Of a stretch of 64,000 bases of DNA, positions 38,120-49,552 are shown piece after piece. This DNA comes from Dudresnaya verticillata (Eukaryota), in assembly GCA_977862235.1 (NCBI GenBank), contig OZ374560.1, forward strand, positions 1,426,001-1,490,000, in the 5' to 3' direction. The stretch's first letter is position 1, and the number at the start of each line of letters is the position of its first letter. The translations under genes were made by a program, and so were the position numbers. Under the pieces are notes generated by a model, which ran no database searches, was not told the DNA's origin, and was given only the letters and a program-made list of their open reading frames with translations.

Positions 38120-40546
38120 TGAAAAGGAATATGGAGAGGTTGAAGTTGAACAAGATGAGAAATGGAAGTCGCTTGACTTCGTTTACTGCAGTCGACAATC
38201 CGACATGGCTTATATCAGCTTTTCGGATGAGTTGCTGCGTGAACACAAACAAAACAAATCATTAAAGATACGCCCAAAATCCCTATTATCAAATGGGCGG
38301 GAAAAAGTAAAGCAATTAAATCTACCAAATCATACTCTCAGCACACTCACATCCGCCACCAAAATGGGCGGGAACTTGCACACCAGTGTTGCTAACTGCT
38401 GACATCAGCAATCCCTCTTGCGACCGCATTTCCTGCCATCCATATGTACTCCAACTTTGGGCGGGAACGTGAAAGTATCGAGTGTCCCCGCATGGCTGCT
38501 GTCGGACAACGCCGCACACCACGTGGCCGCACTTACCAGCTCAAGTCCGTCCATGAATATCCAACTTGGATCATTGACCATGTACTCACCCAGACTTGCC
38601 TACGTGGCAGCTGTAAACCAACGTGTCGGCCGCACGACCGCTACGTGGCAACTGTAAACCAACGTGTCGGCCGCACGACACCTACGTGGCAACTGTAAAC
38701 CAACGTGTCGGCCGCACGACAGCTACGTGCCAACTGTAAACCAACGTGTCGGCCGCACAACAACTGCATCTGCTGATATCACAAGTCAGGCTCCACGTAG
38801 CGCAAGTCCCTGCAGTACCAACTCAGACGCCATCAGCACATTGCATGGCACGTTCATGTGTACTTGTGGAGTACAGTGCGCGTCATACCAGTACCATTCC
38901 ATGCCATACCACGTGCATCCATGTGGTCCAATCAGATCGTTCCACTTGGCCGTTCCTGTTATAACCGCCAATTCCAGCACAACACTTGTAACCCATATAG
39001 ACCATGGAGGCGGTTTGTAACAACCAATCAGAAGCCCGTTTCACGTTGCTTTTGCAAAAGGCCTAAATGCGCCGTGATTTTGGAAGCCCGGAAAAAGGGC
39101 TGTCGTCTCCGGAAGGTTTGGTGACAGCGTGCCAGGGTGCCATCTGGGGTACCTGACCCGTGACGTGAGGCGCCAGCGACCATGTCCTCAACACTCCTCC
39201 TCGATGGCTCCTCCAAGTCCAACCCTTGGTAGAATCCTATTGAGCAAAGTGGGCCCGAGTGGCTTTGTCAGCAAGTCCGCGTCGTTGTCTTCTGACGGCA
39301 CATACACCACTTCCAGAACAGAGTCGGCGACAAGTTCGCGAATGAAGTGAACACGAACGTCGATATGCTTGGCACGACCAGACGGACAGCGTTCTCCAGT
39401 AGCCCAATTGATGGCAGACTGGTTGTCTGATCTCAATGGAACCGGGCCTTCGACGTTCAGGTCAGCCTCCTTCAGCACTCGGGTGACCCAAACCGTCTCT
39501 TTCGCAGCCAGAGTCATTGCATAGTACTCCGACTCGCAAGTTGAGAGAGCAACAGTTGACTGCTTCTTGGATCCCCAAATACACACTGCATCTCCCAGTT
39601 TCACCATGTAACCAGACATAGATTTTCGGTCTGTGGTGTCACCGGCATAGTCAGCGTCCACATAAGCTTGGATACGAGTGGTTCCGGACTGGTACGTAAC
39701 TCCATGCTTGTGAGTGCCTCGGAGATATCGCAGAACCCTCTTTGCACCGCGGTGACAGTACGCAGTTGGAGCCTTCTGGAACCGTGCGAGGATAAGCACA
39801 GAGGCCAAAATGTCCAGCCTTGTGCGAAGCCCCAAGTACAGAAGTGACCCGATCATCTGCTGGTACGTCTCAACCGACACGACGGCCTTGTCCTCTTCGG
39901 CGGCAAGTCCAGTGAAGAAAGACTCAACCATCGGCGTACAAGCCGGCTTAGAGTTCTGAAGTCCAAATCGACGAAGAACACTTTCCGTGTAGACCTGTTG
40001 AGTCATCTTGAGGGACACAAATCTGCCATCAGAGTCTAGCTTCCATCCAAGCTCGACTCCGAGGAAGAGGTCAACCCCTTCAGACAGCCGTAGATCGTAG
40101 AGGCCCTGCAGTTCCTTAACAATGGCGTCTCTCTCCGCCTTTGTGGGCGCGAGGATGAGCAAGTCATCAACGTACACCAAGATGTATGCGTATCCAGAAG
40201 ACTTGGATTTGCGACGAAACACGCAAGGTGCACTTGGCAATTCCTCAAACATCATCCTAGCAAGGTCACCACACAGCTTGGTGTGCCAAGCTAGGTGAGC
40301 CTGTTTTAGCCCATACATAGCTTTCAGAAGTTTGTAACAGAGAGATTCCCTTCCAGGAATCCCACGCGGTGACATTACCCACATGTGTTCTGCCAGATCA
40401 CCATTCAGGAAAGCCGTCTTCACGTCTAGCTGTGCAACAAACAGGTTCAAACACAGTACCAAGTATAGGAACATGCGCACCAGCGAGAACGACACAACTG
40501 GGGCGTATGTTTCCATGTAGTCTTCACCATACGTCTGGAAGTTTCC
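38120..40546 (-). mobile_element. Family-A element E1: 3' LTR (38120-39193, 1074 bp) plus RT/RNase H portion, interrupted at 40546
   Basis: PPT and pol C-terminus (GGAIEEEC*) abut the LTR. Flank is AATGA (38115-38119). Sequence is near-identical to 49553-51938. Confidence 0.95.
39188..40546 (-). pseudogene. pol: E1 RT + RNase H fragment
   Basis: LDVKTAFLNG, MYGLKQ, YVDDLL, YVDADYA, SDNQSA, ADLLTK. Confidence 0.93.
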
Positions 40547-43500
40547 TGTTGAGGACATGGTCGCTGGCGCCTCACGTCACGGGTCAGGCACCCCAGATGG
40601 CACCCTGGCACGCTGTCACCAAACCTTCCGGAGACGACAGCCCTTTTTCCGGGCTTCCAAAATCACGGCGCATTTAGGCCTTTTGCAAAAGCAACGTGAA
40701 ACGGGCTTCTGATTGGTTGTTACAAACCGCCTCCATGGTCTATATGGCTTACAAGTGTTGTGCTGGAATTGGCGGTTATGACAGGAACGGCCAAGTGGAA
40801 CGATCTGATTGGACCACATGGATGCACGTGGTATGGCATGGAATGGTGTTGGTATGACTCGCACTGTACTCCACAAGTACACATGAACGTGCCATGCAAT
40901 GTGCTGATGGCGTCCGAGTTGGTACTGCAGGGACTTGCGCTACGTGGAGCCTGACTTGTGATATCAGCAGATGCAGTTGTTGTGCGGCCGACACGTTGGT
41001 TTACAGTTGGCACGTAGCTGTTGTGCGGCCGACACGTTGGTTTACAGTTGGCACGTAGCTGTCGTGCGGCCGACACGTTGGTTTATAGTTATCACGTAGC
41101 TGTCGTGCGGCCGATACGTTGGTTTACAGCTGCCACGTAGGCAAATCTGGGTGATTACGTGGTCAATGATCCAAGTTGGATATTCATGGACGGACTTGAG
41201 CTGGTAAGTGCGGCCACGTGGTGTGCAGTGTTGTCCGACAGCAGCCATGCGGGGACACTCGATACTTTCACGTTCCCGCCCAAAGTTGGAGTACATATGG
41301 ATGGCAGGAAATGCGGTCGCAAGAGGGATTGCTGATGTCAGCAGTTAGCAACACTGGTGTGCAAGTTCCCGCCCATTTTGGTGGCGGATGTGAGTGTGCT
41401 GAGAGCATGATTTGGTAGATTTAATTGCTTTACTTTTTCCCGCCCATTTGATGATAGGGATTTTGGGCGTTTCTTCAATGATTTGTTTTGTTTGTGTTCA
41501 CGCAGCAACTCATCCGAAAAGCTGATATAAGCCATGTCGGATGGTCGACTGCAGTAAACGAAGTCAAGCGACTTCCATTTCTCATCTTGTTCAACTTCAA
41601 CCTCTCCATATTCCCTTTTAGGTTATGGGCCCAGAAGGTCGACCTACGCAGACTTCATCGCTTCGCTGCAACCTTCTTCCTTTTTCTTTTCATTCTTGAT
41701 ACTGTCCTGTCCCGTCCTGGCCTGTCCTGTCTGCTTGTGTCCTGTCCTGTCGGCTTGTGTCCTGTCCTGTCTGCTTGTTGTCTGTTGAAAGTGGTCCCTA
41801 TCCCACTGTGTCGGCTTGTGTCTCTGATTTTGTGAGAGAGTTCTCGAGGCTCTCGTCCGCTGTTGTCTTGGTCCGTGAGCTTGCTGAGAGGTTGAGTGTT
41901 GTGCGTGGTGACTCTCGTTAAGTCAGGACCTCGTTGGCCTAGGGGAGCAGCCTCCAGTAAGATCCAGAACCTTGACACGGTTGGGCCTAGTTCCATTCCT
42001 GCAAGAGACTGGACCTGTTCGTGTGGTGAACACTCGTTTTGAGTTAGTACCCATAAGGTGGACGTCTCGTAAGGATTGCATACTTCGTGTCTGTGTGCGC
42101 ACGACACGAAAGGGCTGCTGAAAGACGCATTTCACCCGGAGAATCATATCCGGGGGCCAGGAGTCCGACTCCTAGGGGTGACTAGGTAGAACCTGGTGCC
42201 AGAACATCCCGCGTCAAAAAGACGTTCAACTATCAAGAATCAACTTTTCAACTTCAAGTTTCAACTTTTCTTCTTCAGTCCAGGTGATCCCATCATCACC
42301 TGAGAGTTTCATTACTCCAAGCGTGGGAGCTACTTGGCAAAGTGTGCTCCGCTTGTGACTGTACTATATTACCGACGTGTTCGACACATTTCTCAGTTTC
42401 GTCGTCACGTCTTCGTTGTGTGAGCTGCACTGCTCTGTTTAGCACGACTATTACCCTCTGGACATCGACACTGTTGCACTAACAGCACTGCCCCAAGTTC
42501 ACCAAGTTTTCTAAAACTATTCAAGTTATCTCTTCCCAGCATCAGTCCCAACAGCGATGACTGATACCGAAGCCGAGATGGATACTTCCAGCGGGGTCAA
42601 GATACCCCGTTTCCACGGCAGGAGAGGTGACGACTACAGTCTCTGGCGTCATCGCCTTCGTGCCGCATGCCGCATCAAAGGGGTTTGGAATGTTGTCCAC
42701 ACCTCAAACGACACACCGAGCAGCTCACAGTCAACTGGAGAGGCCTCAGCGGATACTTCCATTCTTCACGCCAGAACCTTGGCCAAACGTGAGAAGGCTT
42801 GCGGGATCATTATCTCCGCACTTGGTGATGCTCCGCTTCGTGTCGTTATGGAGGTTGATGATGACCCCAAACGCATGCTGGAGCTATTGGACTCGCGCTA
42901 TGCGTCCAGTCGAACCGTATCCCGTATCGCCGTACAGACCAAGCTATTCCGTATGACGTACACCGGTCAGAATATGTCCAACTATGTCGACCAGTACACG
43001 TCACTGTTCGCCCAACTCGACCGCATGGGCAACGACTCGGCGATACCGGAGACACATAAGGCACCTATGCTGCTTGCTTCCATTGATCCGTCCTGCCACC
43101 TGGAGTCAACAGCTGCAGCTCTCCGCACCAAAGATGCTTCTGAGCTGACTTGGGACTACGTCGCAACCACGCTGATCGATGAGTACAACGCCAAAGATTC
43201 TCATGGATCAAACGCAGGTGGGAGATCCAGTAAGTCGAAGAGTCGTCGCAAGAAGAAAAAGAAGTCCGCGTCGTCAGGTTCTCGCCAGCAACACAACCCG
43301 CTGGATGACAACGACGACTCCGATGACTCTTCTGATATTGAATCCACCGTCCGTGCGTTGGCGGTTGCACTCAAGTCCGCCAAGCAGGCTCACTCCACCC
43401 CGAACCGGCACCTTCACTGTGATGTTTGCGACAAGGATGGACACACCGCGGATCGATGCTATCTCAATCCGGAAAATCCTAACAACAAGCTTCCTCCAAA

Positions 43501-45970
43501 GGTGCGACAGATGTTCACCAACCAGGGCAAAAAGGGCAACGCCAACTCGGCGGTAGCTGCATCTGGTAAGAACAATGGTAAATCTGCAAAGGTAGAAATC
43601 GCCGGTGCATCGGTTGAGATGACTACTGTTGTTCCTCCGAACGACCAAGGAACGTATGCCGACAGTGGAGCAACTGTGCATTGCTTCCACTCAATGACTT
43701 CTTTTGTACCGAGCTCAGTATCGCGCTGCGAAAAGCGTACTGTAGTGCTTGCGGACAAGTCGTCTGTCACCTCAGACCTATGTGGAGATGTGATTCTGCC
43801 GTTTGAGCATGCCAATATTCGGCTCAAGAAGGCCCTCTTCATCCCGCAGATGGGATACAATCTTGTCTCTACTGGGCGTTTGGCAGATAAAGGAATTGAA
43901 TCCCACTTTCGCCGCTTGGACGTGCGCTTGGTACTCGACTCTGATGGGTACTATATTGGATCCGGTGTTCGCGATGCGAGTTCTGGAATGTACATGCTAC
44001 CAGAACCCGAGCCGCACACTTCGGAGGAGCAAGTACTGGCTGTCCCCAGCACGCAGCAAACTACTGAGCTCTGGCATCGACGTCTTGCCCACATTAATTT
44101 TCGGGACTTGGCCAAAGTGCACGAGCATGTTGAGGGTGTTCCGGAGTTGGGCTCCACTCATGAAGTGTGTCGGGCTTGTAGACTTGGGAAAGCACACAAA
44201 CAATCATTCCCAGGGCACTTCCGCCCGGCCAAAGCTGTCGGTGATCTCGTGCATTCCGATATTGTTGGTCCAATCGAGATCTCCTTTCCCGATCGTTTCC
44301 GGTATGCCACGACGTTTCTGGATGACAAATCCCGTTTCTTCGTCGTCGCATGTATGAGAAGTCGCCGTATGTTGAGTGCAGCATTTGATCAAGCTTCAGC
44401 AAAGTTTATCGAGCTTGGAGGAGCGGAAATAACAAAACTCCACTCAGACGGGGCTCAGGAGTATTTGGCTTTGCAGAAAGATTTGGGAGGAGTTGGAGAC
44501 AGTGGCAAATCCTTCTCCCCACCTTATACTCCGGAGCTCAATGGAATCGCGGAAAGGGTGAACCGAACCATGGTGGAAGCTGCCCTGACTTTGCTGATCC
44601 AGGCTGATCTACCGGGATGTTTGTGGCCGTTTGCACTGAAGCATGTCAACTACGTGCGCAATAGGGTACCACACTCAACCGTTGGGGCTACGCCATACTC
44701 GGTCATGACAGGTGATGTTCCTGATTTAAAACATTTAAGAGTGTTTGGATGTGCTGCATATGTCCTAAGGCTCCCACGCGGATCCAAGTTCGAGTCTCGT
44801 GCACTTGAGGGGGTGCACTTGGAGACTCTAGAGCATGGGATCTACAGGATATTGGTCACTGGCGGTGACGGTATACCTCGTGTGGTTGAGTCGCGGCATG
44901 TCACATTCGACGAGTCCAAATTCCCGGGTGCTCCAAGCCTGTTGGAATATGGGCACGACGAGGCAGATTCGGATGAAGATTACGAGTCTAACTCAGAGGC
45001 CTCTATTTTCAACTCGGACTCTGATGACGATGTGTCGCTGGGTAACTTTGAGGATGAAGAGGATGCGATTGAAGTTGACACACCTTCTTCACCTCCACTA
45101 CCTCCATCAGAACCCAGCTCATTCGAATCTGATGACACGGCTGAGGAAGAAAACGTCTCTGACAGTCCTCCGGCTGGTGTGAGTTCAGATCCAGAACGCC
45201 AGCAACAGAGTCGATATCCTCGTCGCCAACGTCGCCAGACGTCGAAATGGTTTATGGCAAGCTCTGCACAAGCTGAACAACAGGTTGCCCTCACAACTGG
45301 AGATGAGCCCACTCTTCGAGAGGCCATGTCTGCCACTCCGGAGGAGCGCGGGTTGTGGCAATCTGCCATTGATGATGAGTTCGCATCCTTGGAATCCAAA
45401 GGCACTTGGGTCCGTGATGACAGTCCCGGTGCACAGCCGCTTCCAACGCACGCCGTGCTGAAAGTTAAACGCAAGTCCGACGGGACGGTCGAGCGCTTCA
45501 AAGCGCGGGTCGTCGCTGGTGGAAACTTCCAGACGTATGGTGAAGACTACATGGAAACATACGCCCCAGTTGTGTCGTTCTCGCTGGTGCGCATGTTCCT
45601 ATACTTGGTACTGTGTTTGAACCTGTTTGTTGCACAGCTAGACGTGAAGACGGCTTTCCTGAATGGTGATCTGGCAGAACACGTGTGGGTAATGTCACCG
45701 CGTGGGATTCCCGGAAGGGAATCTCTCTGTTACAAACTTCTGAAGGCTATGTATGGGCTAAAACAGGCTCACCTAGCTTGGCACACCAAGCTGTGTGGTG
45801 ACCTTGCTAGGATGATGTTTGAGGAATTGCCAAGTGCACCTTGCGTGTTTCGTCGCAAATCCAAGTCTTCTGGATACGCATACATCTTGGTGTACGTTGA
45901 TGACTTGCTCATCCTCGCACCCACAAAGGCGGAGAGAGACGCCATTGTTAAGGAACTGCAGGGCCTCTAC
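40547..45970 (+). mobile_element. Family-A element E2: 5' LTR (40547-41620), PBS, leader and gag-pol up to mid-RT; inserted into E1
   Basis: LTR begins TGTTGAGG after flank TTTCC. PBS at 41621-41634. Interrupted by the E3 LTR at 45971. Confidence 0.95.
41621..41634 (+). promoter_or_regulatory. Primer-binding site for a 5' half-molecule of initiator tRNA-Met (also 47004-47017 +, 55825-55838 -, 63340-63353 -)
   Basis: GGTTATGGGCCCAG lies immediately after the 5' LTR and is complementary to the CUGGGCCCAUAACC anticodon arm of tRNA-iMet, as in Drosophila copia. Confidence 0.9.
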
Positions 45971-45976
45971 TGTTGA
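42557..45976 (+). pseudogene. gag-pol: E2 gag-pol truncated in RT (1139 aa)
   Basis: Same protein as 50580-54902 up to ...ELQGLY, then stopped by TGT TGA of the inserted LTR. Confidence 0.93.
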
Positions 45977-47939
45977 GGACATGGTCGCTGGCGCCTCACG
46001 TCACGGGTCAGGTACCCCAGATGGTACCCTGGCACGCTTTCACCAAACCTTCCGGAGACGACAGCCCTTTTTCCGGGCTTCCAAAATCACGGCGCATTTA
46101 GGCCTTTTGCAAAAGCAACGTGAAACGGGCTTCTGATTGGTTGTTACAAACCGCCTCCATGGTCTATATGGCTTACAAGTGTTGTGCTGAAATTGGCGGT
46201 TATAACAGGAACGGCCAAGTGGAACGATCTGATTGGACCACATGGATGCACGTGGTATGGCATGGAATGGTACTGGTATGACGCGCACTGTACTCCACAA
46301 GTACACATGAACGTGCCATGCAATGTGCTGATGGCGTCCGAGTTGGTACTGCAGGGACTTGCGCTACGTGGAGCCTGACTTGTGATATCAGCAGATGCAG
46401 TTGTTGTGCGGCCGACACGTTGGTTTACAGTTGGCACGTAGCTGTCGTGCGGCCGACACGTTGGTTTACAGTTATCACGTAGCTGTCGTGCGGCCGACAC
46501 GTTGGTTTACAGCTGCCACGTAGGCAAATCTGGGTGATTACGTGGTCAATGATCCAAGTTGGATATTCATGGACGGACTTGAGCTGGTAAGTGCGGCCAC
46601 GTGGTGTGCAGTGTTGTCCGACAGCAGCCATGTGGGGACACTCGATACTTTCACGTTCCCGCCCAAAGTTGGAGTACATATGGATGGCAGGAAATGCGGT
46701 CGCAAGAGGGATTGCTGATGTCAGCAGTTAGCAACACTGGTGTGCAAGTTCCCGCCCATTTTGGTGGCGGATGTGAGTGTGCTGAGAGCATGATTTGGTA
46801 GATTTAATTGCTTTACTTTTTCCCGCCCATTTGATGATAGGGATTTTGGGCGTTTCTTCAATGATTTGTTTTGTTTGTGTTCACGCAGCAACTCATCCGA
46901 AAAGCTGATATAAGCCATGTCGGATGGTCGACTGCAGTAAACGAAGTCAAGCGACTTCCATTTCTCATCTTGTTCAACTTCAACCTCTCCATATTCCTTT
47001 TCAGGTTATGGGCCCAGAAGGTCGACCTACGCAGACTTCATCGCTTCGCTGCAACCTTCTTCCTTTTTCTTTTCATTCTTGATACTGTCCTGTCCCGTCC
47101 TGCCCTGTCCTGTCTGCTTGTGTCCTGTCCTGTCGGCTTGTGTCCTGTCCTGTCTGCTTGTTGTCTGTTGAAAGTGGTCCCTATCCCACTGTGTCGGCTT
47201 GTGTCTCTGATTTTGTGAGAGAGTTCTCGAGGCTCTCGTCCGCTGTTGTCTTGGTCCGTGAGCTTGCTGAGAGGTTGAGTGTTGTGCGTGGTGACTCTCG
47301 TTAAGTCAGGACCTCGTTGGCCTAGGGGAGCAGCCTCCAGTAAGATCCAGAACCTTGACACGGTTGGGCCTAGTTCCATTCCTGCAAGAGACTGGACCTG
47401 TTCGTGTGGTGAACACTCGTTTTGAGTTAGTACCCATAAGGTGGACGTCTCGTAAGGATTGCATACTTCGTGTCTGTGTGCGCACGACACGAAAGGGCTG
47501 CTGAAAGACGCATTTCACCCGGAGAATCATATCCGGGGGCCAGGAGTCCGACTCCTAGGGGTGACTAGGTAGAACCTGGTGCCAGAACATCCCGCGTCAA
47601 AAAGACGTTCAACTATCAAGAATCAACTTTTCAACTTCAAGTTTCAACTTTTCTTCTTCAGTCCAGGTGATCCCATCATCACCTGAGAGTTTCATTACTC
47701 CAAGCGTGGGAGCTACTTGGCAAAGTGTGCTCCGCTTGTGACTGTATTATATTACCGACGTGTTCGACACATTTCTCAGTTTCGTCGTCACCTCTTCGTT
47801 GTGTGAGCTGCACTGCTCTGCTTAACACGACTATTACCCTCTGGGCATCGACACTGTTGCACTAACAGCACTGCCCCAAGTTCCCCAAGTTTTCTAAAAC
47901 TATTCAAGTTATCTCTTCTCAGCATCAGTCCCAACAGCG

Positions 47940-49552
47940 ATGACTGATACCGAAGCCGAGATGGATACTTCGAGCGGGGTCAAGATACCTCGTTTCCACG
48001 GTAGGAGAGGTGACGACTACAGTCTCTGGCGTCATCGCCTTCGTGCCGCATGCCGCATCAAAGGGGTTTGGAATGTTGTCCACACCTCAAACGACACACC
48101 GAGCAGCTCACAGTCAACTGGAGAGGCCTCAGCGGATACTTCCATTCTTCACGCCAGAACCTTGGCCAAACGTGAGAAGGCTTGCGGGATCATTATCTCC
48201 GCACTTGGTGATGCTCCGCTTCGTGTCGTTATGGAGGTTGACGATGACCCCAAACGCATGCTGGAGCTATTGGACTCGCGCTATGCGTCCAGTCGAACCG
48301 TATCCCGTATCGCCGTACAGACCAAGCTATTCCGTATGACGTACACCGGTCAGAATATGTCCAACTATGTCGACCAGTACACGTCACTGTTCGCCCAACT
48401 CGACCGCATGGGCAACGACTCGGCGATACCGGAGACACATAAGGCACCTATGCTGCTTGCTTCCATTGATCCGTCCTGCCACCTGGAGTCAACAGCTGCA
48501 GCTCTTCGCACCAAAGATGCTGCTGAGCTGACTTGGGACTACGTCGCAACCACGCTGATCGATGAGTACAACGCCAAAGATTCTCATGGATCAAACGCAG
48601 GTGGGAGATCCAGTAAGTCGAAGAGTCGTCGGAAGAAGAAAAAGAAGTCCGCGTCGTCAGGTTCTCGCCAGCAACACAACCCGCTGGATGACAACGACGA
48701 CTCCGATGACTCTTCTGATATTGAATCTACCGTCCGTGCGTTGGCGGTTGCACTCAAGTCCGCCAAGCAGGCTCACTCCACCCCGAACCGGCACCTTCAC
48801 TGTGATGTTTGCGACAAGGATGGACACACCGCGGATCGATGCTATCTCAATCCGGAAAATCCTAACAACAAGCTTCCTCCAAAGGTGCGACAGATGTTCA
48901 CCAACCAGGGCAAAAAGGGCAACGCCAACTCGGCGGTAGCTGCATCTGGTAAGAACAATGGTAAATCTGCAAAGGTAGAAATCGCCGGTGCATCGGTTGA
49001 GATGACTACTGTTGTTCCTCCGAACGACCAAGGAACGTATGCCGACAGTGGAGCAACTGTGCATTGCTTCCACTCAATGACTTCTTTTGTACCGAGCTCA
49101 GTATCGCGCTGCGAAAAGCGTACTGTAGTGCTTGCGGACAAGTCGTCTGTCACCTCAGACCTATGTGGAGATGTGATTCTGCCGTTTGAGCATGCCAATA
49201 TTCGGCTCAAGAAGGCCCTCTTCATCCCGCAGATGGGATACAATCTTGTCTCTACTGGGCGTTTGGCAGATAAAGGAATTGAATCCCACTTTCGCCGCTT
49301 GGACGTGCGCTTGGTACTCGACTCTGATGGGTACTACATTGGATCCGGTGTTCGCGATGCGAGTTCTGGAATGTACATGCTACCAGAACCCGAGCCGCAC
49401 ACTTCGGAGGAGCAAGTACTGGCTGTCCCCAGCACGCAGCAAACTACTGAGCTCTGGCATCGACGTCTTGCCCACATTAATTTTCGGGACTTGGCCAAAG
49501 TGCACGAGCATGTTGAGGGTGTTCCGGAGTTGGGCTCCACTCATGAAGTGTG
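47940..49552 (+). pseudogene. gag-pol: E3 gag-protease half; the ORF runs on into the antisense LTR to 49835
   Basis: CDVCDKDGHTADRC knuckle, YADSGAT protease and WHRRLAH, cut at HEVC. Confidence 0.92.

Noticed and set aside
38205..39124. Recurrent short ORFs (MYSNFGRE..., MAYISFSDE..., MYLWSTVR..., MSAARQL...) as a gene family
   Set aside because: They recur only because they lie in near-identical LTR copies. They overlap in several frames and change with the repeat number.
41655..42107. 150-aa antisense ORF in the leader as an extra (env-like) gene
   Set aside because: GTG start, low-complexity translation of CTGTC repeats, no recognisable domain, and conservation explained by copy identity. 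Not excluded, but unsupported.
42194..42205. TGGTGCCAGAAC as a second, canonical tRNA-iMet PBS
   Set aside because: Only 9/12 match to TGGTATCAGAGC, and it lies about 570 bp from the LTR, where it could not define the LTR end.
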